Part shown: in pieces, positions 1-8,173 of the stretch | Numbering within the stretch: the first letter of the stretch is position 1 | Layout: each line of letters starts with the position of its first letter | From: Arthrobacter sp. A5 | GTDB taxonomy: Bacteria > Actinomycetota > Actinomycetes > Actinomycetales > Micrococcaceae | Assembly: GCF_051131705.1 (NCBI RefSeq) | Contig: NZ_CP180316.1 | Span: forward strand, 1,276,158-1,308,157 | DNA length: 32,000 nucleotides | Direction: 5' to 3' | Program-made: the position numbers and the translations under genes | Notes under the pieces: generated by a model | Seen by the model: only the letters and a program-made list of their open reading frames with translations | Databases searched by the model: none | Told to the model about the DNA's origin: nothing

Positions 1-2
1 GC

Positions 3-1724
3 CATCTGCTGGCCGGTCGCGGTGAACAGGACGCGCTGATCTACGATTCGGCCATGCTGGGCATCCAACGGCGCTATAGTTACGCGGAACTGACGGATCT
101 GGTGGCGCGTTTTGCCTCCGTGCTGCGCTCGCAGGGGGTCGGCAAAGGCGACCGCGTTGTCATTTACATGCCGATGATCCCGGAAGCGGTGATAGCCATG
201 CTCGCCACCGCCCGCCTGGGCGCGGTGCATTCCGTGGTGTTTGGTGGATTCGCCGCGGCCGAGCTGGCGGCGCGCATCGCGGACGCTCAGCCTTCCGCCG
301 TCGTGACCGCATCCGGAGGGCTGGAACCGAACCGTAAAATTGAGTACCTGCCGGCCGTGGCCGAGGCCCTGCGGCTGGCGGACGCCGCCGGCACGCCGGT
401 GATCGTCAAGGCACGGGACGGCTTCGAGGCCGCCGCGGGAGACCCCGGGACGGACTACGGGACCTGGCTCGACTGGGACGTTGAAGTGCGCGGCGCGGGG
501 CGCACGGATCCGGTGCCCGTGGCTGCCTCGGATCCGCTGTATATCCTCTACACCTCGGGAACCACAGGTGCGCCCAAGGGAGTGGTTCGGGACAACGGCG
601 GGCACGCGACGGCGTTGATGTGGACCATGACCAATCTGTACAACATCCATCCCGGCGACGTGATGTGGACCGCCTCGGATGTGGGCTGGGTGGTCGGTCA
701 CTCCTACATCGTCTACGGACCACTGCTCGCCGGTGCCACCACCGTGCTTTATGAGGGGAAACCTGTCGGAACCCCCGACGCCGGTGCCTTCTGGCGCGTG
801 GTCAGCGACCACCGGGTCCGGGTGCTCTTCACAGCGCCCACCGCCCTGCGGGCCATCCGCAAGGTGGATCCGGACGCCGCCGAGCTGGCCACCTACGACA
901 TGTCCTCCCTGACGATGCTTTTTGCGGCGGGGGAGCGGCTGGATCCGGATACCTATCACTGGGCCGAACGGGTGCTCAACGTTCCGGTGGTGGATCACTG
1001 GTGGCAGACCGAGACGGGCTGGGCTATCTGCGGCAATCCGCGCGGGCTCGAACCGCTGCCGATCAAGGCCGGGTCGCCGTCGTTCCCAATGCCGGGCTTT
1101 GATCTGCGCATCGTCGACGGCCTGGGGGATCCGGTACCGCCAGGTACGGAGGGGAATATTGTGCTCGGCCTGCCGCTGCCGCCCGGCACCCTGATGACGT
1201 TGTGGGGCAGCGACGAACGCTACGTCTCCTCCTATTTGCGCGCTTTCCCCGGGTACTACACCACGGGTGATTCCGGTTACGTGGATGACGACGGATACGT
1301 CTTCGTGATGGGCCGCACCGATGACGTGATCAACGTGGCCGGCCACCGGCTCTCCACCGGCGCCATTGAACAGGTTCTGGCGCGGCACCCCGCGGTGGCC
1401 GAATGCGCCGTGATCGGGCTGGCCGACGTCCTTAAAGGCCAGCGCGCCAGCGCTTACGTGGTGTTGAAATCCGGCGTCGAGATGGACCAGGAGCAGCTGG
1501 TGAAGGAGCTGATCGCGCTGGTCCGCCGCCAAATCGGTCCCGTCGCGGATTTCAAACAGGCCGTGGTGGTTGAATCCCTGCCCAAGACACGGTCGGGGAA
1601 GATTCTGCGCAAGACAATGCGCCAGATCGCGGACGGTGACGAGTATGCGGTCCCATCGACGATCGAGGATGCCAGCGTCCTTGACGCACTGTTGCCCATT
1701 CTGCGTCCGGCGGAACTGCCCTGA
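3..1724 (+). CDS. prpE: Propionate--CoA ligase / AMP-forming acyl-CoA synthetase, 5' end outside window
   Basis: The frame is open from nt 3, so the ATG at 54 is internal. AMP-binding motifs YTSGTTGAPKG, GRTDDVINVAGHRL and LPKTRSGKILRK are present. End-to-end resemblance to enterobacterial PrpE as I recall it (YMPMIPEA..ARLGAVHSVVFGGFA, DVGWVVGHSYIVYGPLLAG, VDHWWQTETGW). Confidence 0.8.
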   Translation, partial: HLLAGRGEQDALIYDSAMLGIQRRYSYAELTDLVARFASVLRSQGVGKGDRVVIYMPMIPEAVIAMLATARLGAVHSVVFGGFAAAELAARIADAQPSAVVTASGGLEPNRKIEYLPAVAEALRLADAAGTPVIVKARDGFEAAAGDPGTDYGTWLDWDVEVRGAGRTDPVPVAASDPLYILYTSGTTGAPKGVVRDNGGHATALMWTMTNLYNIHPGDVMWTASDVGWVVGHSYIVYGPLLAGATTVLYEGKPVGTPDAGAFWRVVSDHRVRVLFTAPTALRAIRKVDPDAAELATYDMSSLTMLFAAGERLDPDTYHWAERVLNVPVVDHWWQTETGWAICGNPRGLEPLPIKAGSPSFPMPGFDLRIVDGLGDPVPPGTEGNIVLGLPLPPGTLMTLWGSDERYVSSYLRAFPGYYTTGDSGYVDDDGYVFVMGRTDDVINVAGHRLSTGAIEQVLARHPAVAECAVIGLADVLKGQRASAYVVLKSGVEMDQEQLVKELIALVRRQIGPVADFKQAVVVESLPKTRSGKILRKTMRQIADGDEYAVPSTIEDASVLDALLPILRPAELP

Positions 1725-1882
1725 TCCGACCAGACCTGGACTTGTCCGCCCTCGGCCCGGTAACCGAACCGGCCGGAATAAATATCACGCGGCCCGGTAA
1801 ACGAACGTGGCCGGCCCGACGGAGTAAGCGCCGGGACGGCCGGGCGGAATTTGTCAAATCAAATGAGACATAGTCTTTGTTT

Positions 1883-2959
1883 TTAATGAACTGAGGGCTC
1901 GGCCCGTTTCGCTGGGTCGTTGATCGCCGCTTTGAGGGGCAGCGGGGGTGCGATTGGGCGGCGGGCGAAGCGTTCGGGATGCGCGTTGTGCGCCCGGTCC
2001 AGGGTGGCTTGGCGTTGTTCACGCACGGCTTCGGCGGTGCCGTAATGGACGCTGGCCGGGGTGTGGTATCCGATCCCGGAGTGACGGTGCTCGTGGTTGT
2101 AGTAGGTGATGAAACCTTCCATCCAGGTTCTGGCCTCGTTGACGGACGCGAAGCGATCCGGGTAGTCAGAGACATATTTCATGGTCTTAAATTGGGCCTC
2201 CGAAAATGGGTTGTCATTGCTTGTGTGGGGTCTGGAATGCGACCGGGTGATGTCCATGTCCACCAGCATCGAAGCCAGGGCTTTGGAGGTCATCGCGGCC
2301 CCACCATCGGCGTGCAGATACCCGGGCGGGTGCCCGGTCTGCGCAACGATCTCCTGGACGAGGTCAGCGGCAAGCTGACCGTCTTCGATACGTTCGATCC
2401 GCCAACCGACCACGTAGCGGGAGAAGATATCGAGCACCACGTAGGCGTGGTACCAGATGCCCTTGGCCGGGCCACGCATTTTGGTGATGTCCCACGACCA
2501 CACGTCGTTCGGCTCGGTGGCGATCAGCTCGGGAATCGCCCGAGGTGGATGGGTGGCCTGTCGGCGCCGTTCCCCGCCCATCTTGGCCTCCGCCAAGACG
2601 CGGTACATGCTCCGCTGCGAGCACCAATACCTCCCCTCGTCCAGCTCACGGACGTAGACCTGGGTCGGTGAAAGGTTCGCGTAGTCCTGCCGGTTGAGTA
2701 CCGTCAGGATCTGGGCACGCTCCGCCGCCGAGAGCTCCGCCGGGTGCTGGGCCTTGGGCCAAGGCCCATGCATCCGCGGTTGGGGGTTGGCCTGCCGGTG
2801 ATGGGTGGCCCGGGACCGGCCCACCAGCTTGCAGGCCTTCACCACCCCGAGATGCGAGCTGAGCTCCGCTACGGTCTCTGCTTGCCACGACTGGTATCCG
2901 ATGCCGGTGATAACGCGTTCTTCGACGAGAGAGCTTCCAAGAACGCGACTCCTTTTCCC
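1883..2959 (-). CDS. IS3-family transposase OrfB (DDE integrase core), expressed as an OrfAB fusion by -1 frameshift
   Basis: rve-type core: DVWSWDITKM, YLHADGGAAMTS, NPFSEAQFKTMKY, YNHEHRHSGIGYHTP. No credible independent start. The N-terminal part of the 418-aa track ORF (2960-3139) is just the -1 frame of orfA. Confidence 0.8.
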   Translation of the reverse strand, partial: GKRSRVLGSSLVEERVITGIGYQSWQAETVAELSSHLGVVKACKLVGRSRATHHRQANPQPRMHGPWPKAQHPAELSAAERAQILTVLNRQDYANLSPTQVYVRELDEGRYWCSQRSMYRVLAEAKMGGERRRQATHPPRAIPELIATEPNDVWSWDITKMRGPAKGIWYHAYVVLDIFSRYVVGWRIERIEDGQLAADLVQEIVAQTGHPPGYLHADGGAAMTSKALASMLVDMDITRSHSRPHTSNDNPFSEAQFKTMKYVSDYPDRFASVNEARTWMEGFITYYNHEHRHSGIGYHTPASVHYGTAEAVREQRQATLDRAHNAHPERFARRPIAPPLPLKAAINDPAKRAEPSVH

Positions 2960-3375
2960 AAGGTATCCAAGGCGGCATCCGAAGAAGCCAGCTGGTCGCG
3001 AGTCTTCTCGTGCGAGGCCCGCTCCGCGACCAGTTCCTTGGTCAGCTGGTCGATCTGGACCTGCTCGGATGTTTTCTTCGGCCGTCCCCGACGGGCTGCC
3101 GGCTTGTCGAGGGTGCCCGCTTCGAACGCGGCCCGCCATTCCTGGATATGGGAGTCATAGAGCCTTTCGCGACGCAGCACCGCACCCTTGGATCCCATCA
3201 GTGCCGCATCGTATTCCCGAACGATCGCTCGTTTGAACTCGGCGCTAAAGGTCCTGCGTGCCGACCGGTTGGCCCGGGGGCCCTGCTCCGGGGACCCCGG
3301 GGCCTGACTGATTGATTCCTCCGGTACGGGCCGGCCGGTTCCTGCTGGTGTAGTGGTGCTCGTGGTCGTAGTCAT
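2869..3375 (-). CDS. IS3-family transposase OrfA (HTH DNA-binding part)
   Basis: ATG at 3375 lies about 11 nt downstream of GGAGG; the TTG at 3381 is the longest-ORF start. Typical OrfA sequence RRTFSAEFKRAIVREYD and a leucine-zipper-like C-terminus. Overlaps orfB in the -1 frame. Confidence 0.8.
   Translation of the reverse strand: MTTTTSTTTPAGTGRPVPEESISQAPGSPEQGPRANRSARRTFSAEFKRAIVREYDAALMGSKGAVLRRERLYDSHIQEWRAAFEAGTLDKPAARRGRPKKTSEQVQIDQLTKELVAERASHEKTRDQLASSDAALDTLGKGVAFLEALSSKNALSPASDTSRGKQRP
2953..2959 (-). promoter_or_regulatory. Programmed -1 ribosomal frameshift heptamer G_GGA_AAA
   Basis: Plus strand ttttccc at 2953-2959 is GGGAAAA on the coding strand. It is phased as (TT)G GGA AAA in the orfA frame (..L G K..). 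A -1 slip reads GGG AAA AGG, giving ..GKRSRVLGSS.. in the orfB frame. Phase was checked by coordinate arithmetic against both track ORFs. Confidence 0.75.
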
Positions 3376-3463
3376 GGTCAAACTTCCCTCCTGCCTTCAG
3401 CCCCTATTCTCGTTCAAGAAGCGGTCTCTAACGAGTCTGGCTGATAGGGGGGTTGGGCCCAAT

Positions 3464-3850
3464 ATGAGAGCCATTGGGCTGGATGCCATGTTGGACATTG
3501 AGTTCCCCGTCATCACTGGCTGGGACGTCGCCGGAGTGGTGGAATCGGCCGGTCCGGACGCACCGGAGTTTAAGCCAGGCGATAAGGTGATTGCCTACGG
3601 CTCGGCGGCCGTTCAGCTCGCCGCTGACCGGGGTGCACGGGTGATTGCGACGGAAGCGGAGCAGCACGGCGGGGCCTGGATATGGGTGCGTCCTTCCGGG
3701 GAAGACCTGCAGGCGCTCGCAGACCTCGCCCACGCGGGCAAACTCACCGTCGAGGTTGCGAAGACCTTCCCGCTGGAGCAGACGGCGGACGCTTACCGGC
3801 TCAGCATGGAGGGCCACCCGCGCGGAAAAATCATAGTCTACGTCAGCTAG
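3464..3850 (+). pseudogene. Internally deleted remnant of a zinc-type alcohol dehydrogenase / NADPH:quinone oxidoreductase (MDR family)
   Basis: 128 aa against roughly 310 expected. It keeps an N-terminal MRAI start, a FPVITGWDVAGVVESAGPDAPEFKPGDKV block, a Rossmann fragment SAAVQLAADRGARVIAT and the C-terminal block AGKLTVEVAKTFPLEQTADAYRLSMEGHPRGKIIV. The segments between them are missing. Confidence 0.6.
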
Positions 3851-3858
3851 CCAGTCAG

Positions 3859-4566
3859 TTAGCCCCGCCAGAGATATTCATTTTCCGGCCTGCCCGGAGT
3901 CCCATAGCGTGCGGTCCGGCGCACGGTCTGCTGGTCCGCCAGGTACTCCAGGTAGCGCCGCGCGGTGACGCGCGAGATCCCCAGCCGATCCATGACCTCG
4001 GACGCCGAGATAGGGCCGGCATGAGATTTGAGCAGGACGACGACGGCGGTCAGCGTGCTTTCGGACAGCCGTTTGGGCAGTGGTGCCGCGGTGGGCGCGC
4101 GCAGACTGGCCAATGCCAGATCGACGTCGTTTTGCGAGGCACGCGCGGTGGGGGAAGCCAGCTGCTGCCGGAAGTCGCGGTAGTTGGCGAGCTTTTCCGC
4201 GAACATCGCGTAGGTGAAGGGCTTGATCAGGTACTGCACTACACCGCTGGAAATGGCTGCCCGGACCACCTTCAGGTCCCGCACGGCGGTGATGGCGATG
4301 ATATCCACCGCAAGACCGCCGGACCGGATGCGCCGGGCGATGTCGAGCCCGTGCAGGTCCGGAAGATTCATATCCAGCAAAATCAGATCGATCGGTTGAC
4401 CGGCTTCGGCGGCCTGCTGCAGAGCACGCAGCGCGGACTGCCCGTCAGCGGCAGTGCCGGCGAGCGAAAAACCGCCGATCCGCTGCAGATAGACGGCGTG
4501 CGCATCGGCGGCAATCGGTTCATCCTCGACCACGAGGACTCGGATCGGCGGAGGTTCAGTGTTCAC
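3859..4566 (-). CDS. Response regulator, CitB/DcuR/DctR family
   Basis: Receiver domain (IRVLVVEDEP, LILLDMNLPD, KPF) plus a C-terminal HTH (ISASEVMDRLGISRVTARRYLEYL). The GTG start at 4566 overlaps the kinase TGA stop (GTGA). The 364-aa track ORF is an upstream extension through the kinase 3' end. Confidence 0.85.
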   Translation of the reverse strand: MNTEPPPIRVLVVEDEPIAADAHAVYLQRIGGFSLAGTAADGQSALRALQQAAEAGQPIDLILLDMNLPDLHGLDIARRIRSGGLAVDIIAITAVRDLKVVRAAISSGVVQYLIKPFTYAMFAEKLANYRDFRQQLASPTARASQNDVDLALASLRAPTAAPLPKRLSESTLTAVVVLLKSHAGPISASEVMDRLGISRVTARRYLEYLADQQTVRRTARYGTPGRPENEYLWRG

Positions 4567-6422
4567 GGCTGCTCCCTGGCATCTGGTTGTCCGGCGGGCT
4601 GTTCGGTGCCGGGACCGGTGCCGGGACCGGTGCCGGATCCGGTGCCGGATTCCGTACCGGTAGTATCCGCGGGCAGAAGGACGGTGAAAACGGCCCCGCT
4701 GTTTCCTGCTGCAGGTGATCCTTCCACCTGCGGCCCGTTCCCGCGCGGCCCGATAATCAGCCGGCCGCCCAGCCGTTGGACGGTCTGGCGGACCAGCGCC
4801 AGCCCGATCCCGCGGCCTGCTCCGCCCGAATGCTTCGTGCTGAAACCTTTGGCGAGAACGCTGGCGGCCTGTGCCGCATCCAAGCCAGGCCCGCTGTCGG
4901 AGACTTCCAGCTCCAGCCCGTCCGCGGTCGGACCAAGGTGTAGAGCCACCCATCGTGGTTCGGCGCCGTCGGCCGCGGCATCCATGGCATTGTCCAGCAG
5001 GTTCCCCAGAATCGTGACTGCGTCGTGCGCGCGGAGGCCGGAGAACTGTGTCCGTGTTTCGGTGCTGATCCGCAGCTCGATCCCGCGCTCGCTGGCCTGT
5101 GCGATCTTGCCCATGAGCAGCGCGCTGAGCACCGGCTCATCCGCCGCATTCAGAACCTCGTCGGCGAGCCGCTGGCTTAACTGCAGGTCGGCGGTGGCGA
5201 ACTCCAGTGCCTGACCCGTGCGGCCCAGCTCCAGCAGGGACACCAGCGTGTGGATCCGGTTGGAATGTTCGTGGGTCTGGGCGCGGAGGGCGTCCGTCAG
5301 CGTCTGCGTCGACCGGAGCTCGTCGCCCAGCTCCGCCATGACGGTATGGTCCTGCACCGTGGCGACCGTCCCGATGCCCACCGCGCCGGAACCCTGGTCG
5401 GCCCGTCTGACCCGGCTGGTCCGCAGGCCCCGGTTGGTTCGCGTGCCCCGGCTGGCCCGCATGCCTGGGTTGGTCCGCCTTATCGGCAGGGGCTCAGCGT
5501 CGGATCCCGGGGAGCGCGCCGGCTCCTGGCTGACCACCAGCAGGCGGTCGGAGGTCAGGTGCAGTTCATCCCTGGCGGTGCGCCCGCTGCGCAGCAACTC
5601 CTCCAGCGAGGGCGGCAGATCCAGATCCGCCAGCTTCGGTGCCGGTCCGTTCTCCGAGGGGACCGGGATACCCAGCAGCATTGCCGCCTGATCGTTGTAC
5701 ATCACCAGTTCGCCGTTGCGGTCCGTCAGCACCAGCCCGTCGCGGACCGAATGCAGGACGGACTCGTAGTAGACAAACAGCTGCCCCAACCGCTCCGGCC
5801 CCCAACCGAGCGTGACCTTGCGCAGGTAGCGCCCCAGCAGCCAGGCGGCCAGCGAACCACCCAGCAGCAGCACCAGGGCAATACCGACGACGGCGGGCAG
5901 TGAGCTGGTGAACGCGATCTCGACATTTGTCACGGTCACGCCGGCGGCGACGAGGGCCCGGACATTTCCGGCCCCATCCTTCACCGGGACAATGGCACGC
6001 ACCGAGGGGCCAAGCGTTCCGGCTGTCACCTCCGTATAAGCGTGCCCGGCCAGCGCCTGATCAACCGAGCCGATGTAAAGGCGGCCGATTTCCGCAGGAT
6101 CTGGGTGCGTCCAACGGGTACGGTCCGGCGCCATAATCGTCACGAAGTCCGCTTTCGCCTCCGCCATCACCTTTACCGCGTAGGGCTGCAGTTCCCCGGA
6201 CGGATCCGAGGAGGCCGCTGCGGTCAGGACCAGCGGGTTGTCCGCCACGGTGGCCGCAATGGACATCATCCGATCCTCGGCCTGGCGGTAGGCCTGGTCC
6301 CGCGCGTCGACGAAACCCGCTGTCGTGACGAACACGGTCAGTGCCAGTACAAACAGCACATTGACGGCAAACAGCCGGCGCGCAATGCTCCAGTCGTGGA
6401 TATAGACCACCGGCTCCTTCAT
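4563..6422 (-). CDS. Sensor histidine kinase, CitA/DcuS family (C4-dicarboxylate/citrate sensor type)
   Basis: Two TM segments flank an extracytoplasmic sensor domain. There is a cytoplasmic PAS (SVLHSVRDGLVLTDRNGELVMYNDQA), an H-box AQTHEHSNRIHTL, and ATPase boxes GNLLDNAMDA, DSGPGL and GRGIGLALV. It carries an Arg-rich repeat insert and a Gly/Thr/Pro C-terminal tail. Confidence 0.85.
   Translation of the reverse strand: MKEPVVYIHDWSIARRLFAVNVLFVLALTVFVTTAGFVDARDQAYRQAEDRMMSIAATVADNPLVLTAAASSDPSGELQPYAVKVMAEAKADFVTIMAPDRTRWTHPDPAEIGRLYIGSVDQALAGHAYTEVTAGTLGPSVRAIVPVKDGAGNVRALVAAGVTVTNVEIAFTSSLPAVVGIALVLLLGGSLAAWLLGRYLRKVTLGWGPERLGQLFVYYESVLHSVRDGLVLTDRNGELVMYNDQAAMLLGIPVPSENGPAPKLADLDLPPSLEELLRSGRTARDELHLTSDRLLVVSQEPARSPGSDAEPLPIRRTNPGMRASRGTRTNRGLRTSRVRRADQGSGAVGIGTVATVQDHTVMAELGDELRSTQTLTDALRAQTHEHSNRIHTLVSLLELGRTGQALEFATADLQLSQRLADEVLNAADEPVLSALLMGKIAQASERGIELRISTETRTQFSGLRAHDAVTILGNLLDNAMDAAADGAEPRWVALHLGPTADGLELEVSDSGPGLDAAQAASVLAKGFSTKHSGGAGRGIGLALVRQTVQRLGGRLIIGPRGNGPQVEGSPAAGNSGAVFTVLLPADTTGTESGTGSGTGPGTGPGTEQPAGQPDAREQP
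5411..5482 (-). repeat. Four imperfect in-frame 18-bp tandem repeats inside the kinase gene
   Basis: cccggctggtccgcaggc / cccggttggttcgcgtgc / cccggctggcccgcatgc / ctgggttggtccgcctta. These encode RTNPGM-RASRGT-RTNRGL-RTSRVR on the minus strand. Confidence 0.8.
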
Positions 6423-6440
6423 CTGTGTTGAATTCTTCTG

Positions 6441-6488
6441 TGCCCGAAATCATATCTGCCTGAAATGCTGCGTGCCTGAAATGCTGCG
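6441..6488. repeat. Tandem 16-bp repeats in the kinase/dctA divergent intergenic region (candidate response-regulator operator)
   Basis: tgcccgaaatcatatc (degenerate), then tgcctgaaatgctgcg twice (perfect, 6457-6472 and 6473-6488), followed by a partial tgccc. Confidence 0.7.
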
Positions 6489-6621
6489 TGCCCACAACCG
6501 AGGGGACGGGTTGGGTGGGACCAATATGAACGCAAGGGTGATTGCTGTCACACCGAAAGGCATGCTGGTCATTGTGCGGTAAAGAAGCCGCGCTCACCAA
6601 GACTAACTAAAGGAGTGCGCG

Positions 6622-8073
6622 ATGACCTCTCAGCCGAGTAAATCAGCTGCACCTGCGGTCCGCCGCAAAGGGCTGGATAAAACGCATTGGCTGTACATCG
6701 CCGTCATCGTCGCCGTCATTCTTGGCGTCGTCGTCGGACTGGGGTTTCCCGGTAAGGACGGCTTCGCCGCCCAGCTTAAACCGCTGGGCGACGGATTCAT
6801 CGCCTTGATCAAGATGATGATCGCGCCGATTATTTTCTGCACAATTGTGCTGGGCATCGGTTCCATTGCCAAGGCGGCGACGGTAGGCAAGGTCGGCGGC
6901 CTGGCATTGGGCTATTTTATGGTCATGTCCACCTTCGCTTTGGCCATCGGGCTGGTGGTGGGCAACATTGTCCACCCCGGGGCGGGCCTGCACCTGCAGG
7001 ACGCGGTCTACAAGGCCCCGGCGGAGAGCGCGAGCAGCACCGAATTCCTGCTCGGCATCATCCCCACCTCGCTGCTGTCCTCGCTGACCGGGAACAACAT
7101 CCTGCAGACACTCCTGGTGGCACTGCTGGCGGGGTTCGCGTTGCAGAAAATGGGTAAAGCCGGCCAGCCCATCCTCAAGGGGATCGGCCACATCCAGAAG
7201 CTGGTCTTCCGGATCCTGATCATGGTCATGTGGCTGGCCCCGGTGGGGGCCTTCGGCGCCATTGCCGCCGTCGTCGGCCTGACCGGTTGGCAGGCCGTCC
7301 TGAGCCTGCTGTCCCTGATGGGCGCGTTCTACCTGACCTGCGCCATCTTCATCGTGGTGATCCTTGGCAGCATCCTTAAGCTGGCCACCGGCGTCAACAT
7401 CTTCAAGCTGATGCGTTACCTGGGCCGGGAATACCTGCTCATTGTCTCCACCTCATCCTCGGAGGTGGCTCTGCCGCGGCTGATCGCCAAGATGGAGCAC
7501 CTGGGCGTTTCCAAGCCGGTGGTGGGCATCACCGTACCCACCGGCTACTCTTTCAATCTCGACGGCACCGCGATCTACCTGACCATGTCGGCGCTGTTCA
7601 TTGCCTCGGCCATGGGCACTCCGCTTGACCTCGGTTCGCAGATCGGGCTGCTGGTCTTTATGATCATCGCCTCCAAGGGCGCCGCTGGTGTCAGTGGTGC
7701 CGGGCTGGCCACGCTGGCCGGCGGGCTCGCCTCGCACCGGCCGGACCTGGTCGGCGGTGTCTCGTTCATCGTCGGTATCGACCGGTTCATGTCCGAGGCC
7801 CGAGCGCTGACCAACTTCACCGGCAACGCCGTCGCCACCGTGCTGATGGGCACCTGGGTGAAGGAAATCGACCGGGAACGGGTGGACCGGGTGCTGGATC
7901 GGCTCGAGCCCTTTGATGAGGCCACCATGTTGGCCGACGACGGCGGCTCCCACGGGTACGACGGCGGCGCGGACCACGGGCGCGACGGCGGCGCGGACCA
8001 CGGGGCCTTGACGACCATGGATGGGCAAATCCGGGACGCCGCGGGTACCGGATGGGAAAAGACCCGCGCCTGA
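6622..8073 (+). CDS. dctA: C4-dicarboxylate transporter DctA (dicarboxylate/amino acid:cation symporter family)
   Basis: RBS AAAGGAG upstream of the ATG. Multi-TM protein with family blocks SSSEVALPRLI, PTGYSFNLDGT and ASKGAAGVSGAG. The C-terminal tail contains a duplicated DGGADHG unit. Confidence 0.9.
   Translation: MTSQPSKSAAPAVRRKGLDKTHWLYIAVIVAVILGVVVGLGFPGKDGFAAQLKPLGDGFIALIKMMIAPIIFCTIVLGIGSIAKAATVGKVGGLALGYFMVMSTFALAIGLVVGNIVHPGAGLHLQDAVYKAPAESASSTEFLLGIIPTSLLSSLTGNNILQTLLVALLAGFALQKMGKAGQPILKGIGHIQKLVFRILIMVMWLAPVGAFGAIAAVVGLTGWQAVLSLLSLMGAFYLTCAIFIVVILGSILKLATGVNIFKLMRYLGREYLLIVSTSSSEVALPRLIAKMEHLGVSKPVVGITVPTGYSFNLDGTAIYLTMSALFIASAMGTPLDLGSQIGLLVFMIIASKGAAGVSGAGLATLAGGLASHRPDLVGGVSFIVGIDRFMSEARALTNFTGNAVATVLMGTWVKEIDRERVDRVLDRLEPFDEATMLADDGGSHGYDGGADHGRDGGADHGALTTMDGQIRDAAGTGWEKTRA
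7957..8004 (+). repeat. 24-bp in-frame tandem duplication in the dctA 3' tail
   Basis: The core gacggcggcgcggaccacggg occurs twice (7960-7980 and 7984-8004). It encodes YDGGADHG-RDGGADHG. Confidence 0.85.
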
Positions 8074-8107
8074 TCCTCCATCCCTGACATCGACGACATT
8101 GCCGACC

Positions 8108-8173
8108 ATCGATGACGCACTTGGGGCACATGTTGTTCGCCTCGACGACATGGGCGCCGAGTGTGTCATCGAT
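8108..8173. terminator. Long imperfect inverted repeat between convergent dctA and the ABC ATPase gene (possible bidirectional terminator)
   Basis: atcgatgacgcacttggggcacatg (8108-8132) pairs with catgggcgccgagtgtgtcatcgat (8149-8173) at 21 of 25 positions, with a 16-nt loop. The right arm overlaps the ATPase stop codon. No U-tract. Confidence 0.4.

Larger units (their letters stand above)
1864..3430 (-). mobile_element. IS3-family insertion sequence (orfA/orfB with programmed -1 frameshift); boundaries approximate
   Basis: Two overlapping minus-strand ORFs in 0/-1 arrangement, with a DDE/rve integrase core in orfB. The ends are AT-rich (ttgtcaaatcaaatgagacatagtctttgtttttaatg), unlike the GC-rich flanks. 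Imperfect, gapped terminal inverted repeats share GAGAC..TCTT(T)G..GAAC..GAG..GGGCT at about 1864-1900 and, reverse complemented, about 3395-3430. No target-site duplication was recognised. Confidence 0.75.

Noticed and set aside
1883-3139. 418-aa ORF taken as a single transposase gene
   Set aside because: The first 60 or so residues are merely the -1 frame of orfA upstream of the slippery heptamer. The IS3 architecture (OrfA plus frameshifted OrfAB) explains it.
1855-3445. Target-site duplication flanking the IS
   Set aside because: Candidate flanks (..atcaaa / acgagt..) do not match for any plausible end placement, so no TSD is claimed and the IS ends are left approximate.
3682-5214. 510-aa plus-strand ORF
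   Set aside because: It runs antisense to the well-supported response regulator and kinase genes. The translation is Arg/Pro/Gly-rich with no motifs, a typical shadow ORF of GC-rich DNA.
6441-6488. CRISPR-like reading of the tandem repeat clusters (also 21398-21478 and 25718-25786)
   Set aside because: The units are 16-23 bp, contiguous or nearly so, with no unique spacers, only 2-4 copies and no cas genes. They are simple tandem repeats or operators.
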